This document shows positions 16,175 to 27,740 of a DNA stretch of 64,000 bases, piece by piece; the first letter of the stretch is position 1, and each line of letters starts with the position of its first letter. The position numbers and the translations under genes were made by a program. The DNA is from Guillardia theta CCMP2712. Taxonomy: Eukaryota; Protista; Cryptophyta. The notes below the pieces were generated by a model that had not been told where the DNA came from, ran no database searches, and saw nothing but the letters and a program-made list of their open reading frames with translations. The stretch is from NCBI RefSeq assembly GCF_000315625.1, contig NW_005434619.1:398991-462990 (forward strand), given 5' to 3'.

Positions 16175-16657
16175 GATCATTCACACCCGTCGCTAAATCA
16201 TCACCCTCATCACCCAATAGGCAATAATCATCCCCCTCATTACCAAGCAAGTCATCCCCCTCATTCTGACCCTCATTACAAAGCACTGAAATCATCCCCC
16301 TCATTCTGACCCTCATTACGTGCCCAGTTCAGTGCCCAGTTGCTGATCGCTAGCAGTCCGTCTTTGCACGGCTGGTGCCATAATAGTCTATCATATGCCA
16401 GACCGTGAAGAGTCGGACTCGGAAGCCGAAGTTCAAGTTGCAGCTCTGATTTATTCCGACAATGTTAGGAAAAGATTGAAGAAGACAGAGTTCTAAGAAT
16501 CCAGCGGCAAGCCCACGGAAGTCTCCATATGCATAATTTGATAGAGTTGTGATATGGTATGGAGAAATCGTCTGTACATGTTTCAAGTTTGGATTTGCAA
16601 GATTAAGGCGCTCGAAAATATCGGGCGAAACGATTGAAACAAAAAAATTCTAGGCAT

Positions 16658-17451
16658 TCAGCATTGAAATTGGAAGTCGTGACGAATTGACCGATCATTT
16701 CGTTTTTCATCTTCCTTCTGCATCTTCATTCTCGTGTAATACCGAAGAAATCGCGAATGGCTGTTTGCTTGCAGGATTGCGAATATCACCACCCCGATCG
16801 CATACAAACCGATCGAAAACAGGATGCTCTCTATTTCTCGTGTCCATGGCATTGGGTTTCGACGAAAAGCCACCCTTGATAACACACTCGCCAAGGTAAC
16901 GTAGCCTGTGCACTGAACGTACTCATTGAAACTTTGCGAAGAAACAATGAAAGACATCGTCATTATGATTAACACAATTTTCATCCTCTCAATGTGCATG
17001 TCTGCAAGTAGAAGCTCAGCAGAGAAAAACATTGTTCTTACATATAGAATGCCTTTCAGAACCTTTCCCAGTGCACACCGCTGATTTTCGTTCATTCTTG
17101 GAGTCAGTAACAGCACCACCCATAATATCGAAACCAATACCAATCGGATCAAAAAAAGTAGTCATCACTGTCGTTGATTCCCTTGTTGAAGATTCTGACT
17201 AAAAGCACTCCTATGTAATAGGTGACTGTAAGTATCAAAGTAAGAACGCAGCCTATATTGTTGAGGCTGAACATCGACAACAACACACTCCGTCGATACT
17301 TCTCCTCAAGTTCTGGATCATCAAAGGGAGAGCAATTTTCTGCCAGATATGCTGCAAATTCTCTGGCAATCGTTGAAGCTTTCTGAAGGAGCGAGTTGTC
17401 GTCGGCATGCGAATGATTGCGGGCCTGCGCAGCGTTCCTCATGTGCGCCAT
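16658..17451 (-). pseudogene. 6-TM membrane protein split by a 1-nt frameshift in a T7 run (pseudogene or sequencing error); paralog of 24671-25654
   Basis: ORFs 17149-17472 and 16658-17152 join as DDYFF-LIRLV if one T is added at 17151-17157; they align colinearly with the 24671 protein. Confidence 0.65.
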
Positions 17452-19182
17452 AGAGTTTACTTCCTCAAACACGACGAAAAAAGCCCTTGATCAGGAAAGT
17501 CTGTTTGGGGGAGGCCAGAGGCCCTGAGTCCAATGAACTATCTGCCTCGACAGCAAACAGCAAGGGCTAGCGACGAGATTTGATCCGTGTTCTCCTCCTC
17601 TCCGCGCGTCAGCCAGAGGTGTGCGCCTCGCCGCATGCACGGTATTCGGTCTCGTGATTGGTAACGTGATATGTGACGTGAGGCTAAACGTGACAATTCA
17701 GCACACCCTTGCACCTACCGACTATAATCTACCCCTTCCAATCACCTTCAGTACCCCCTTAAAGTTGACCACCCCCTTCTCATTTCTACCCCGACTTCGA
17801 TGTGACCCAGGTCGAAGCTCGATACGACCCCCGCACCCCACTCCCTCCAGATACCCTACCCCTACCACCAATTTCCTCATACCCCTACCCCCTGAGGGTG
17901 TACCCCGCCCCCCCCTTCCCGGTCCTCTGTCTAGGGAGCTACTTGCAAGAGGGCCATGATCGACATTTACCCTCTTCCCCGCACTTACCCGACAATCTGC
18001 TAAAAGTGTGATGTCCACCCTCTACCCACACATTTCCTTGCAAATACCCCTATTATTTGGTTGTGGTTTTACTACATCATATTTATTTTATGATCGGATA
18101 TCTAAAACTTTTTCGGTAGAAGTTATTCCCTAAAAGATAGTAAAACCACACATAAAACAGATTGTTTTAAACAGGATGAGTTATCACCCCCATCTACCCA
18201 CCGCCTCAGCTTCCAGCCTCTCACTACCCCTGTTTTCCTCGAATATCACCCCATATTTTCAACCCTCCACAACAAGAATGATTTCCCCAACACACCCCTA
18301 CCCTATGATCCATGTCCTCTTTTAAAAAATATGTTTTTGGACCACCCCAATTTTTCCCTATATATACCCTGCTTTTCTACCGGTTACTTTTTAAAAACAT
18401 TTTTCGAACCTACCCCACCCCCTCTTCCCAATGTATCACCCTACTCAAGCAAGGTACCCTACCATACCGTACAACCCATATCGAACACCGGGTTATTGAA
18501 CCCTTGACTACCCCGTCAATGAAATGACCCTACCCTCCCGATGCTGTCATCCCAACCCACCCCACTAGCTCCACCCATGTTTCCATGTCTCCGTCGCAAG
18601 GTCAACCCCTCATCCCCGCTCTTTGGTGGCTAGGAAATGCTGGGCGGGAGCAGAGCTGTTGAGGGGAGCGAAGGACGAGCAGGAGGGGAGGGGGAGCTTT
18701 ATACAGACTGACAGAGGATTGAGGTTACTTAGTGAAGTAGCGGCATTCCAGAGCATGCAAAGCAAAGAAGCATGCCAGGGAAGTCGAGAAGGCAGTTGAA
18801 AATGAAAGAAGGGCCCAAGGAACGCAAGGCGGGAAATGCCGATAGATGTTGAAGGGCGACGATGACCATAGCTGAATTCAAGAATGAACGAGGTTGAATT
18901 TTCTTATCTTGCATGAAGTAGTCGATGATAGAGAGCAGTTGTGAGCGAGATCGCAGCAACGTCAGAAGTGGTAGGGCCCTAGAATCCTGTTTCGTCTTTT
19001 AACTGCTGATTCGTCTCTTCACAAGCCCCGGGATGGTTGTGAGAAAACTTCTCTTCCTAAAAGATTCCGTGTGTTGTCCTGTTTGCTGCAGGAAGAATTG
19101 AAACATCCTGATCTGTCGCTGTATGTGTTGAAATCCAACATGTTGCTTACTGCCTGCTGTAAGGGATTTTGCATCAAGGAGG

Positions 19183-22100
19183 ATGTTCAGCCATGACTGG
19201 CAAGAACTGGAACAAGAAGAAGCAAGCCAGAGGCCTTCTTCAAACCGCCTTGCATTGGACTCGTATGATTACGGGCCCTTTGCCAAACATTTCCTTGAAC
19301 GAAGCAAGGAAATTAACGGGTCTAATGTACATAAGGATTCCATTGAGAAGCAGCAAGGTTCTGCACCGTTCAACGCGCGCAATGCCCCATCCCCTATGCA
19401 GCCACTTCCTGGGCATCAGCAGCAGTGGTCCCGCCAGGGCCAATCAGATGTTTGGGTGTCGAATGTAGATCTCCGTACAAGGTCGGTGCGATGCATGAAC
19501 GTGTCAGAGTGCGGTAATTACTTGTTGATTGCTTACAATCTGGGGAGTGCAGAGATTTGGGAGTATGCAGCTACCCCAACTCTATCAGACGGACCGAGTC
19601 TGCGTTTCGACAGTTCGATATCGATGAACACTCCGGAACTGATTGAGCTTGCATCGTCTTGCGCCGTGGTGGCATTCAGCAACAGGCAGAAGGAAGAGAT
19701 CATTCATGTCTTGATCGGATCCGAATTTATGGGGAGGATTTCGATCTGGGAGAAGAAATTGAAGAGCCAGAGTCCTTGGGCACTCAAGGAAATTCTAGGA
19801 GGACATCGCAAAAAGGTGCCTTAAAGTATCCCATCTTTCCCCAACCTCTAATCCTTCTCTTTTCATGGCTGTTATTCTTCTTGTTGATCCCTGGATCGAG
19901 ATTTTTCTCCCATTCGCGTGCAATTTCCTTGATAATCCCCCACCCCCCTTCTCTGTGCGTTGCCTCCTTTCCTACTTCTCATTGCTTCTCGATGTTAGCT
20001 CACTCCTGCTTGTTATAGATCTGTCATCTACGTCGTTTAGGATCGGAGACGCAAGTATCCACTTTACAGCAGCTTCGTTGGACTGCTGCGTCAGCATCTG
20101 GGCGTTGCCTCTTGACGATGAGGATAAGGTTATCTTTGAGGGATCTGCCCAGTTTGTCCCATGCGATGGCTCTGCTGCGTCAGAAGTCGCAAGTGTGAAA
20201 GAGAAGTTCAATTCAGGCGTGCAATCTTGCAAGAGGAGATTCGAATGTTGGTCTCTTGTGGCTGTTCTGATTCACCAATCACCTATGGCTCGAACTCAAC
20301 ATGTGCGGTCAGATTGCTTCAGGGATGTGCCCAACGGCAAAGGGAAGGTCGTTCCGTACGTGGTTTGCTTCACTCAAGACGGAAACGCTGTTATCTGGAG
20401 ATCTCAGAAATCTGTCAGAGGAACGGAATCTATCCTTGCTTGGAAAGTTGTCGAGCGTGTATGTTACGATGTTGGAGGGAGTGGTCGAAAGGATGGTTGT
20501 GTGTTGCAAATGAATCCAAGCAATAGTTCGCATTTTCTGGTGGCGAATGAGAAGGGTGTCGAGGTTCTAGAACTGCCACAATCTTCAGATTTTGGTAACC
20601 CGACGACTGATGCTTCAGGGTTGATGCATGTCCGAAATTTGTGCATCAACAATAGCCAGAAGGGAGGCAACTCTTTATTGCTGTTCTCCAATTGCGGAAA
20701 GATCCTTGCTGCGATTCATGGACTTGTCGATGTGAAACTCTGGAATGGTTGTGATTCATCTGTACAACCGTACAAAGAAGGCGGATCATTTAGTTTTAGT
20801 CCAGGAGGGGGTGAGAGGGTAAGCTCGGCATGCTTTCTTAACGGAGCAGCTCTTGATGATGGTTTCAAGTGGTTGTTGGTTGCTCTGGATTCCGGTGTGA
20901 TGGTGAGCATGAAATGCTACGGGGCCAAGAAGCAGAGCACTTTCAGTAACCTCTCCGACAGTGCGGCAACTTCACATCTTTCTTCTTCATTCCATGACTT
21001 GCGCACGAGCTCAAATAGCATCCAGAGGGCCTCGCAGCCCAAGGAAGCTTCCGGATATCGCGGCGTAAGCAGAAGCGATTCTTCTCCAGAGCTGTGGGAG
21101 ATGCAGACCTTGCAGGACGAGTCGCTGATTTGCAGTGGTCGGTTCGCGAGTGCCTTGGAAGCAGCCAACACCTGGGACAGGACGCTGCTCGACAGATACA
21201 CCGACAAGTCTGTTGCATCCATTCTGAATAGAGACCTTGAGAGTCACGGGAGATCGCTCCGGGGAAAAGTTGACTTGAAGAACGCACAGTCAGGGCTGGA
21301 AGGTTTGATCGAGGACTCCTGGTTCGATGTGGAACCGTCCTCTATGCTGGAAGGGCATCCAAGGTTGAACTTCTTGGGATTCACAGACATTTGGTGCCCC
21401 ACAGGATACTGCAGGAAATTTCGACCGCGATCATATCACTTTCCTAGGAATGCAGGGCCAAAGGTTGGAGACCTCGTTCTTGCTGCAAGCTTCGGCATCG
21501 ACAGCAATGCGTTCTTGGATGCAGAAGTCTTGGAGATTAGACGCAAGGACATGGCAGATGCTGGGGACGTTCAGCTAGGAGCTTCGGGCAAGTTTGCTGT
21601 GAAGGTGAGAATTTTTGCTGGGCGCAGACATTTAGTTTGACCGGGATGTGTAGGCGAGCAACAGGTCTCAGCAGCAAGCTGGAGGTGTGCTGGAGGCAGG
21701 GTCTGTACAGATGCATGCAGAGCGGAGAGAGAAGACGAGGACAAGCGAGTGCGACGACATTGAGTTCAAGGTACAGTACATGCATGGTGGTCGGGCCGGG
21801 AACTGCGCCTGGTTGAAATTCCATCACCTCTTTCAAATCTCCTCGAGGCCTGCCTTCGACACTTTGCAGGGCCTCGACCTGAGCGCATTCCAAAGGAAGC
21901 AGGGCAGTTACACCCGAGACGCGAGCAAGGCAGAGCTTGTCTGTCTGTGTGATGGTGTTTCCATGCGCAGCTTCTACCCTCCTCGCCAGGTCCTCCCCTC
22001 CTACATCGCTGCTGAAGCCGGGCATGTCAACACTCGACCGCATCCTCTGTACGAGCCGAGCTCCAGCAGCCAGAGAGTCGGAGTGGAGCCAGCAGCGGCT

Positions 22101-24521
22101 GCTCGCTCCCACCTTCCCCTGACGCTGGACGCGATCGTCGAGAGATCCAAGGATCGAGGGGCATCGAATCGATTCACAGCTGAGGTGGACGAGGAGGCCA
22201 GGAGCAGCGCAAAGATCTCTTTCTCCTTCCTGCTGGACGCCAGCCAGCGGCTGCTGAATGAGGGTGGCAGCAGCAGCTCTAAGGAGTCGGAAAGGGCGGA
22301 GACGTCGGAAGATCGAGCATGCAAGTCACTGTCAGATAGCTCGAAGGGGGCGGAGCATTATGCAGACCGATGGGTCCTGGCAAATAACAGCAAGGGATAC
22401 GTCGTGTTCTGCAAGGACCGTGACGACGACAAGAAGCGGCACTGCGGAATTCTCGTGCAGGAGTTGTCGGACGACTCCAACCCCACGCTGCGGGTGCTTT
22501 GCAAGCATGGCTGCGTCTCCCTTCCGCAGTTCGCCAGGCTCTGCGGGCGGATAACGAAGCATCCCAAGACGTACATCAGAGTGTTCAAGTTCGGCTCTGC
22601 CTCCCTCTACAACCTCGAGAAGGACGACAACACGCGGCAGGTCTACCGCGGCATCGCGCAGGTTCGGAGGGACGAGAAGGCGGAGGCAAGAGCGCCGGAC
22701 GCCTGCTTCTACGAGTACCTGGAGAGGTTCGAGGATGAGGCGGAGCTGTGCCAGGAGGTGGAGTCTGGCGTTGCGTTAGGAGGCAAGCAAAGTCATGTGG
22801 GCAGGCAGAATCCGGTCAAGAATCCCACTGCCCGACAGCAGGAGACGAAGGCTGGAGCTTCTGTAAATGTGCAGGAGGCAGCGATCCCAGTCTCGGACCT
22901 TATGGAAGTGGAGGTTGAAGTGGTCGAGGAGGATCAGGTCAAATCTGCTGACTCTCGAGCCAAGTCAGTCAGGTCAGTCAAGGTTCGAGGGAAGGAGTCA
23001 GAGGAAGCGGCTGCGGTCGGCAAGATCGCCGCCGCTGCCGACAAGTCGACCCGCCGGATGAAAAGGAACCCAGAGAGGCCGGAAGCTCCGAACGTACAGA
23101 CGAGGAACAAGAGGACTCGGTCAGGGGTGGAGGCTGAAGGGAAGGGAGCGGCAGAAGAAGGGACGATCCAGGACGGTGACCGGGAGGCTGCGCCGGTCAA
23201 GGGTTGGAACACTGCGAGCGTGCCAGACAGTCTGCTCCAGCAGCACAACCTTGCAACAAGGTCTCCTAGCAAGAGGATGCGGGCTCCTGAGAAAACCTCT
23301 GTGCAAGGTGGGAGGCTCCTTCCATTCCTCCTCCTTGATCGTCCTGACCTCGCTCATCCTGCCCTTGCACATGAGCTTGACCATCAACTCTCCTCCCTCA
23401 GTAGTCCTTGTCCGTCTCTCCCTCCTCCTTTCCCCTCCTTTTCTCCTCCATCCTTTCTCCCTCCTCTTTCCTCCCTCCTACTTCCCCCTCCTCCCTGCTT
23501 GTTCCTTCTTCCCGTCCCTGTCCTCATGGCCTCTCGCGCTTGCCAGCTTGTGATGTTTCCTTCAGGGTCAAGGGAGGAGGGAGACGAGTGGAAACTGGAA
23601 TTTGCGCTCGACACCGACCATCTCGTCACCAGCGCTGCTGCTGTCTCCATCAAGCTCTGCAGTGCCCTCAAGGCCAGGGCCTTCAAGGAGCAGTTCCGAC
23701 CGAAAGCTGTCCGAGACAAGTGGCTGTCAGCGGTGCGTCTCAACCTACCTCCTCCTCGTCTATCCCGTCCTCGTCCTCGCCCTTGTTTTCTTTCTCGTCC
23801 TCTTCGTTCTAAAGCTCCCTCCTCCCTCTTTCTCCTAGCATTCTCATCGACTTTGCATTTCTCTCACTGATCGCCCACTTCGTTGGTTTGATCCCTGTGC
23901 TCCTGTACCTTACCCACCCCTGACTTGTCTTCATCCCCTCCCTCTCCCCTCTACCGCCCCATCCCTTCACCTGAGGCTGCTGCAGGTTGCAAACGCCACC
24001 CTCCCCGAGCTCAAGTCACTCATCATGGACCTCGAAAGATTTATTCTCCCCTCCGTGTGGGATGGAGTCTACCCACTGCAGGTCCTCCTTCCTCCTCTCC
24101 TACTGCTCCTCCTTGTCTCCTTCCTTCTCTACTGTCTCCTGCTCCTACTTCTGCCCCGCCCTCTGCCCCTTCCCCTTCCCCTTCCCCTGCCCCTTCCTCT
24201 GCCCCTCTCCCTCCCTCTGGCTTGCTCTAGCAGCGGCCGGTCCTTGTCCTCTCTGAAGTGAAGGGGCAGGTGAGAGGAAGGCTCATAGCAGCGCTGGCGG
24301 ATGCCGACGATCGTCGACTGCAGCAGGCGCTGGCAGTGATAGCACAGCACATCTGCCCGACCATGTTCGTTGCGTTCCCCTTCTCCTCCGCGTCCAACAA
24401 GCACTTCTGGAGGAGCCACGACGAGTGCTCATCTGCCTTCGTCTCCTTCCACCGCAAGAAGACCCAGGAGGAGAAGCAGGAGGAGCAGGGTATGGAGGCG
24501 TGCGATCAGCAGAACGAGTAG
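19183..24521 (+). CDS. Large chromatin-type protein: WD40-like repeats, SAWADEE-like domain, SAND/TDBD-like domain, WHIM/WSD-like C-terminal motif
   Basis: WD-like motifs (GSAEIWE, GRISIWE, AASLDCCVSIW, DGNAVIW, DVKLW); DSWFDV...FRPRS...KVGDLVL...DAEVLEIRR...FKVQYMHG; VSLPQFARLCG..KHPKTYI...SLYNL; RDKWLSAV...LIMDLERFI; start uncertain. Confidence 0.7.
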
Positions 24522-24670
24522 GGGCTCGGAGCACGCGGGTTGGGCCGCAGCGGATGTATCAATAGAGTCGCGCCGTGTTATCATGTCAGTGCAGAGGAGA
24601 AGAGAGTAGCTTCAGTCATCATGTAAACTAGTCACAAGCCCCAAGGAATAAGAAACTCTTATCAACAAGT

Positions 24671-25654
24671 TTACCCACTTCGCTCCTCCTCTCTCCTCTC
24701 TCCTCTCCCTCTCCCTCTCCCTCTCCCTCTCCGTTCCTCCCTCGTCGACATCACATGGCCTTGTTCCCCTGCGTTGCGAGGAGTCAGAGACGAGCCGTTG
24801 TCGACGTCAGCACTCACCTTCTGCAGCTGCGACATCCTCTCTGCCTCCTGCTTCCACTTCTCGGTGAACTTCTGCCGCATGAACGCATGGAACGATACTG
24901 ATCCGAGGTTGCCGAGGACGAAGACAGTGATGGAGAAGACGAGGCTATCTATCTCCTCGTTGAGAGCAAGGCGCTTCGACGGCCACAGCAGCCGCGCAAG
25001 GTTGCCTACGAAGCAGATAGTCGCCGTCCTCCTCACGTTGAGCGGCCAGAAGCGCGGGGAGATCACGATGCAGCCGAGGCTGAGGGAGATGCTGGCGATG
25101 AAGGCAGAGTCGTAGAGGATCTCGAACCGCAGGTGGTCCACCGCAAACATGAAGATCCTCAACTCCACCACCCAGTTCAGCCACCGCCCGGCGAACGTCA
25201 GGTAATGAGCGGGGAGCTTGTCGGATACCGTGATGACGAGCCAGCAAGTGAGCAGGATGACGAACCGGAACATGAAGAGGAAGTCGGAGAGCGAGAGGGA
25301 CTTGTGGCTCATGATTCGCACCGCCAGGACTCCGCCGTTGTACGTCAGCGCGAGGATGAAGACGGAGCGCAGAAAGACGTTGTCGGAGCGGAAGATGGAG
25401 GTGAGGAAGAACTTAGTGTACTTCTTCTCCTTCTCCACGTCCTTGAACGCCCTCGCTGACGCAACGAGCGAGGCCAGGAAGGGGATGATCTGCACAGATC
25501 TGCGACTGTTCCTCATAACCTCCAGCTCCTTGTCCTCTATGACTTGTTCTCCAGACGTTCTGGTTTCATTGCCGCCCGTATGCCCCGGTCGATTCGCAGA
25601 ATTTGTCTCCCTTACCGCCCTTACTCTAGCCACCTCCTCTATGGCTGCTGCCAT
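24671..25654 (-). CDS. 6-TM membrane protein of unknown function
   Basis: 327-aa ORF with six hydrophobic segments after FKDVEKEKKY; GC3-rich; the extreme C-terminus may be intronic. Confidence 0.75.
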   Translation of the reverse strand: MAAAIEEVARVRAVRETNSANRPGHTGGNETRTSGEQVIEDKELEVMRNSRRSVQIIPFLASLVASARAFKDVEKEKKYTKFFLTSIFRSDNVFLRSVFILALTYNGGVLAVRIMSHKSLSLSDFLFMFRFVILLTCWLVITVSDKLPAHYLTFAGRWLNWVVELRIFMFAVDHLRFEILYDSAFIASISLSLGCIVISPRFWPLNVRRTATICFVGNLARLLWPSKRLALNEEIDSLVFSITVFVLGNLGSVSFHAFMRQKFTEKWKQEAERMSQLQKVSADVDNGSSLTPRNAGEQGHVMSTREERRGRGRGRGRGERREEERSG

Positions 25655-27740
25655 GCTTTAGCTGCCCTTTGGACACAATGCAGCAGCAATTGACTGCACG
25701 CCCTCCCTCCCTCCCTCTCCCCTCCTCCTTCTACTCTCCTCTTTCTCTCTTGGTTCTCTCTTCCTTCTCTTCCTCTTCCTCTTCCTCTTCCTCCTCCTCC
25801 CCTTTCTCCTTTCCCCTTCGCTGTGCTGCTCTTCGCTCGAGCACTTTCGTGACCCCTTGCAAAGGTCACGTTACCTGGCTGTGAAATCGAACTATTTCAA
25901 AATATCATATACACACAATACCTGCAAATAACCCCTACCTCCCTATTACACGTCAAGTACCCACCTTTTGATGAAAAATGTCTCCCCACAGTGGACTCAA
26001 GTATAATATTTTTAGTTTGGCGCCGTGAGCGACTGTTGTACCACTACCCCCCTCTCACTAAAGATTTGCCCCTGACTATAACCCCTTCTTTCATCATGTT
26101 TCAGACCCCTTCGTGACATTACCCCTACCCCCTCAGATCCAGTTTGGTGCCTACAATGTCAGATGACTCGAAGGAGTAAAAAACTCTCGAGATTTTATAT
26201 AGTTTTAATAAACAATAGTTTTAAAATTGTTAAAATTAGTAATAACTCCAAAGGTGGTTCATATCGGATTAGTCACGGTTCTGTAACCGCCCGATGCATT
26301 GCCCGGACCAGATCGGGCCCGTGACCCGAGAAGTGCCGGAGGCACTGACCGAATGCCTTTGAAAGGTCAGTGAGGGGACGAGGCCAAACTTGCCAGCAAA
26401 GTAAGCGGACGCCGAGGTGGGGGTAGTAAATGAAGGGGTGAGGGGTAGACAAGCCTTCAATTTTGAGGTAAATTAGGGGTAAGTTTTGTGTCCAATGGAG
26501 GGGTATGGAGAAACAAAATGGGGGTAGGGGTACAAATTTTCATTACATGAGTGTGAAGGTGCATACAGGTAGGTGAGGCCTGACTCATTGGGAGGGGGTG
26601 GTGTTGAATCGAGGAGTTTAATGACCCGGTGGGTGTATTTATTACCCGAGGGACATGGAATATTTGCATAAAATTATGGGAAATATAGGGGTAGGTAAAA
26701 AATGAAAGGGGTCCTAATGATGCCCTTGTTATATATGGGGGTACTCTGGCAGCAAGGGTATCTAAGGAGGGGTAGGGGTGGCAGTAGCCATGGAGGGGGC
26801 TGAACCCCCCCGATGCTCCTGCAGCTGAGCTTGCCTCCAACCCCTCCTCCTCGCCGCCGCCCTCCCTCTCTTCTCTCCCGATCTTCTCTCCCCTCTATCT
26901 CTTCTCTTCCTTTCCTTACCTCATTGTCCCGCCTCGCCCTTGCCACCGCTCTCTCCCTTTGCCCTCGTTTCTCGCTTACCTTGTCCCACGTTCTTATTGA
27001 GGCTTCACCTTTTCCCCTCTTGCTGTTCTTCCTTTCCTCAACTTATCTGCATTCCTGGACCCTGATCCTGACCTCCTGACCCCTTGCCCTGCTCCTCGTG
27101 TTCCTCATGCTCCTCCTGGCACTGTTATCCAAAGTTTCTTGATCTTTCACCCACCCTCTGTCGCACAGGTGGATCGTAACGTCCACTGGCCTTAGTACAT
27201 ACCTTCCTCAGGCTAGGAAAGCAAGGAGAGATGCAGAGGTCGAGGATAGAACTTGTTGGAGGCGATTCCTCAGTGTCCCTCCATAACAGGATATTTCTTC
27301 CTTTCCTTTTTCTGCTCTCTCATACTCCATGTCTTCTGGGTGGTGTCCAGAGCTTGTTTGGAAGCCAGCTAGTTTGGACTCGGTCGTGTTTGACTTAGCA
27401 CTATCTTCCTTGAGCCTCCTCAATGTCTACCCGCTGCTCTTCCTTCCCTCCTCCCCTCTCCTCTCTCCTCTCTCCTCTCCCTCTCCTCTCTCACTCCCCG
27501 TTGCCCTGTGGGGACTGCCTTACGACGCTCACTGTGTCTTGCATGCCTGTCATCTTCATGACACGTGAACGATCTCATCCCGTGCGAGTTCAGCTCGTTG
27601 TCTTGCGTGCCCTGCTGTTGATCACCTCACCTGAAGCATCTTATGTTCGTCGCAGATCGCAGAGGTCATGGAACTTGCCTGAGTTCGGTGCGATCAAGGC
27701 AGGAGAGAGTGGCATGTGACGGGAGTGCTGTGTTGGAGAC

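Noticed and set aside
16235-16320. Short imperfect ~30-bp duplications (atcatccccctcattctgaccctcattac)
   Set aside because: Two to three degenerate copies upstream of the hydrolase; no function supportable
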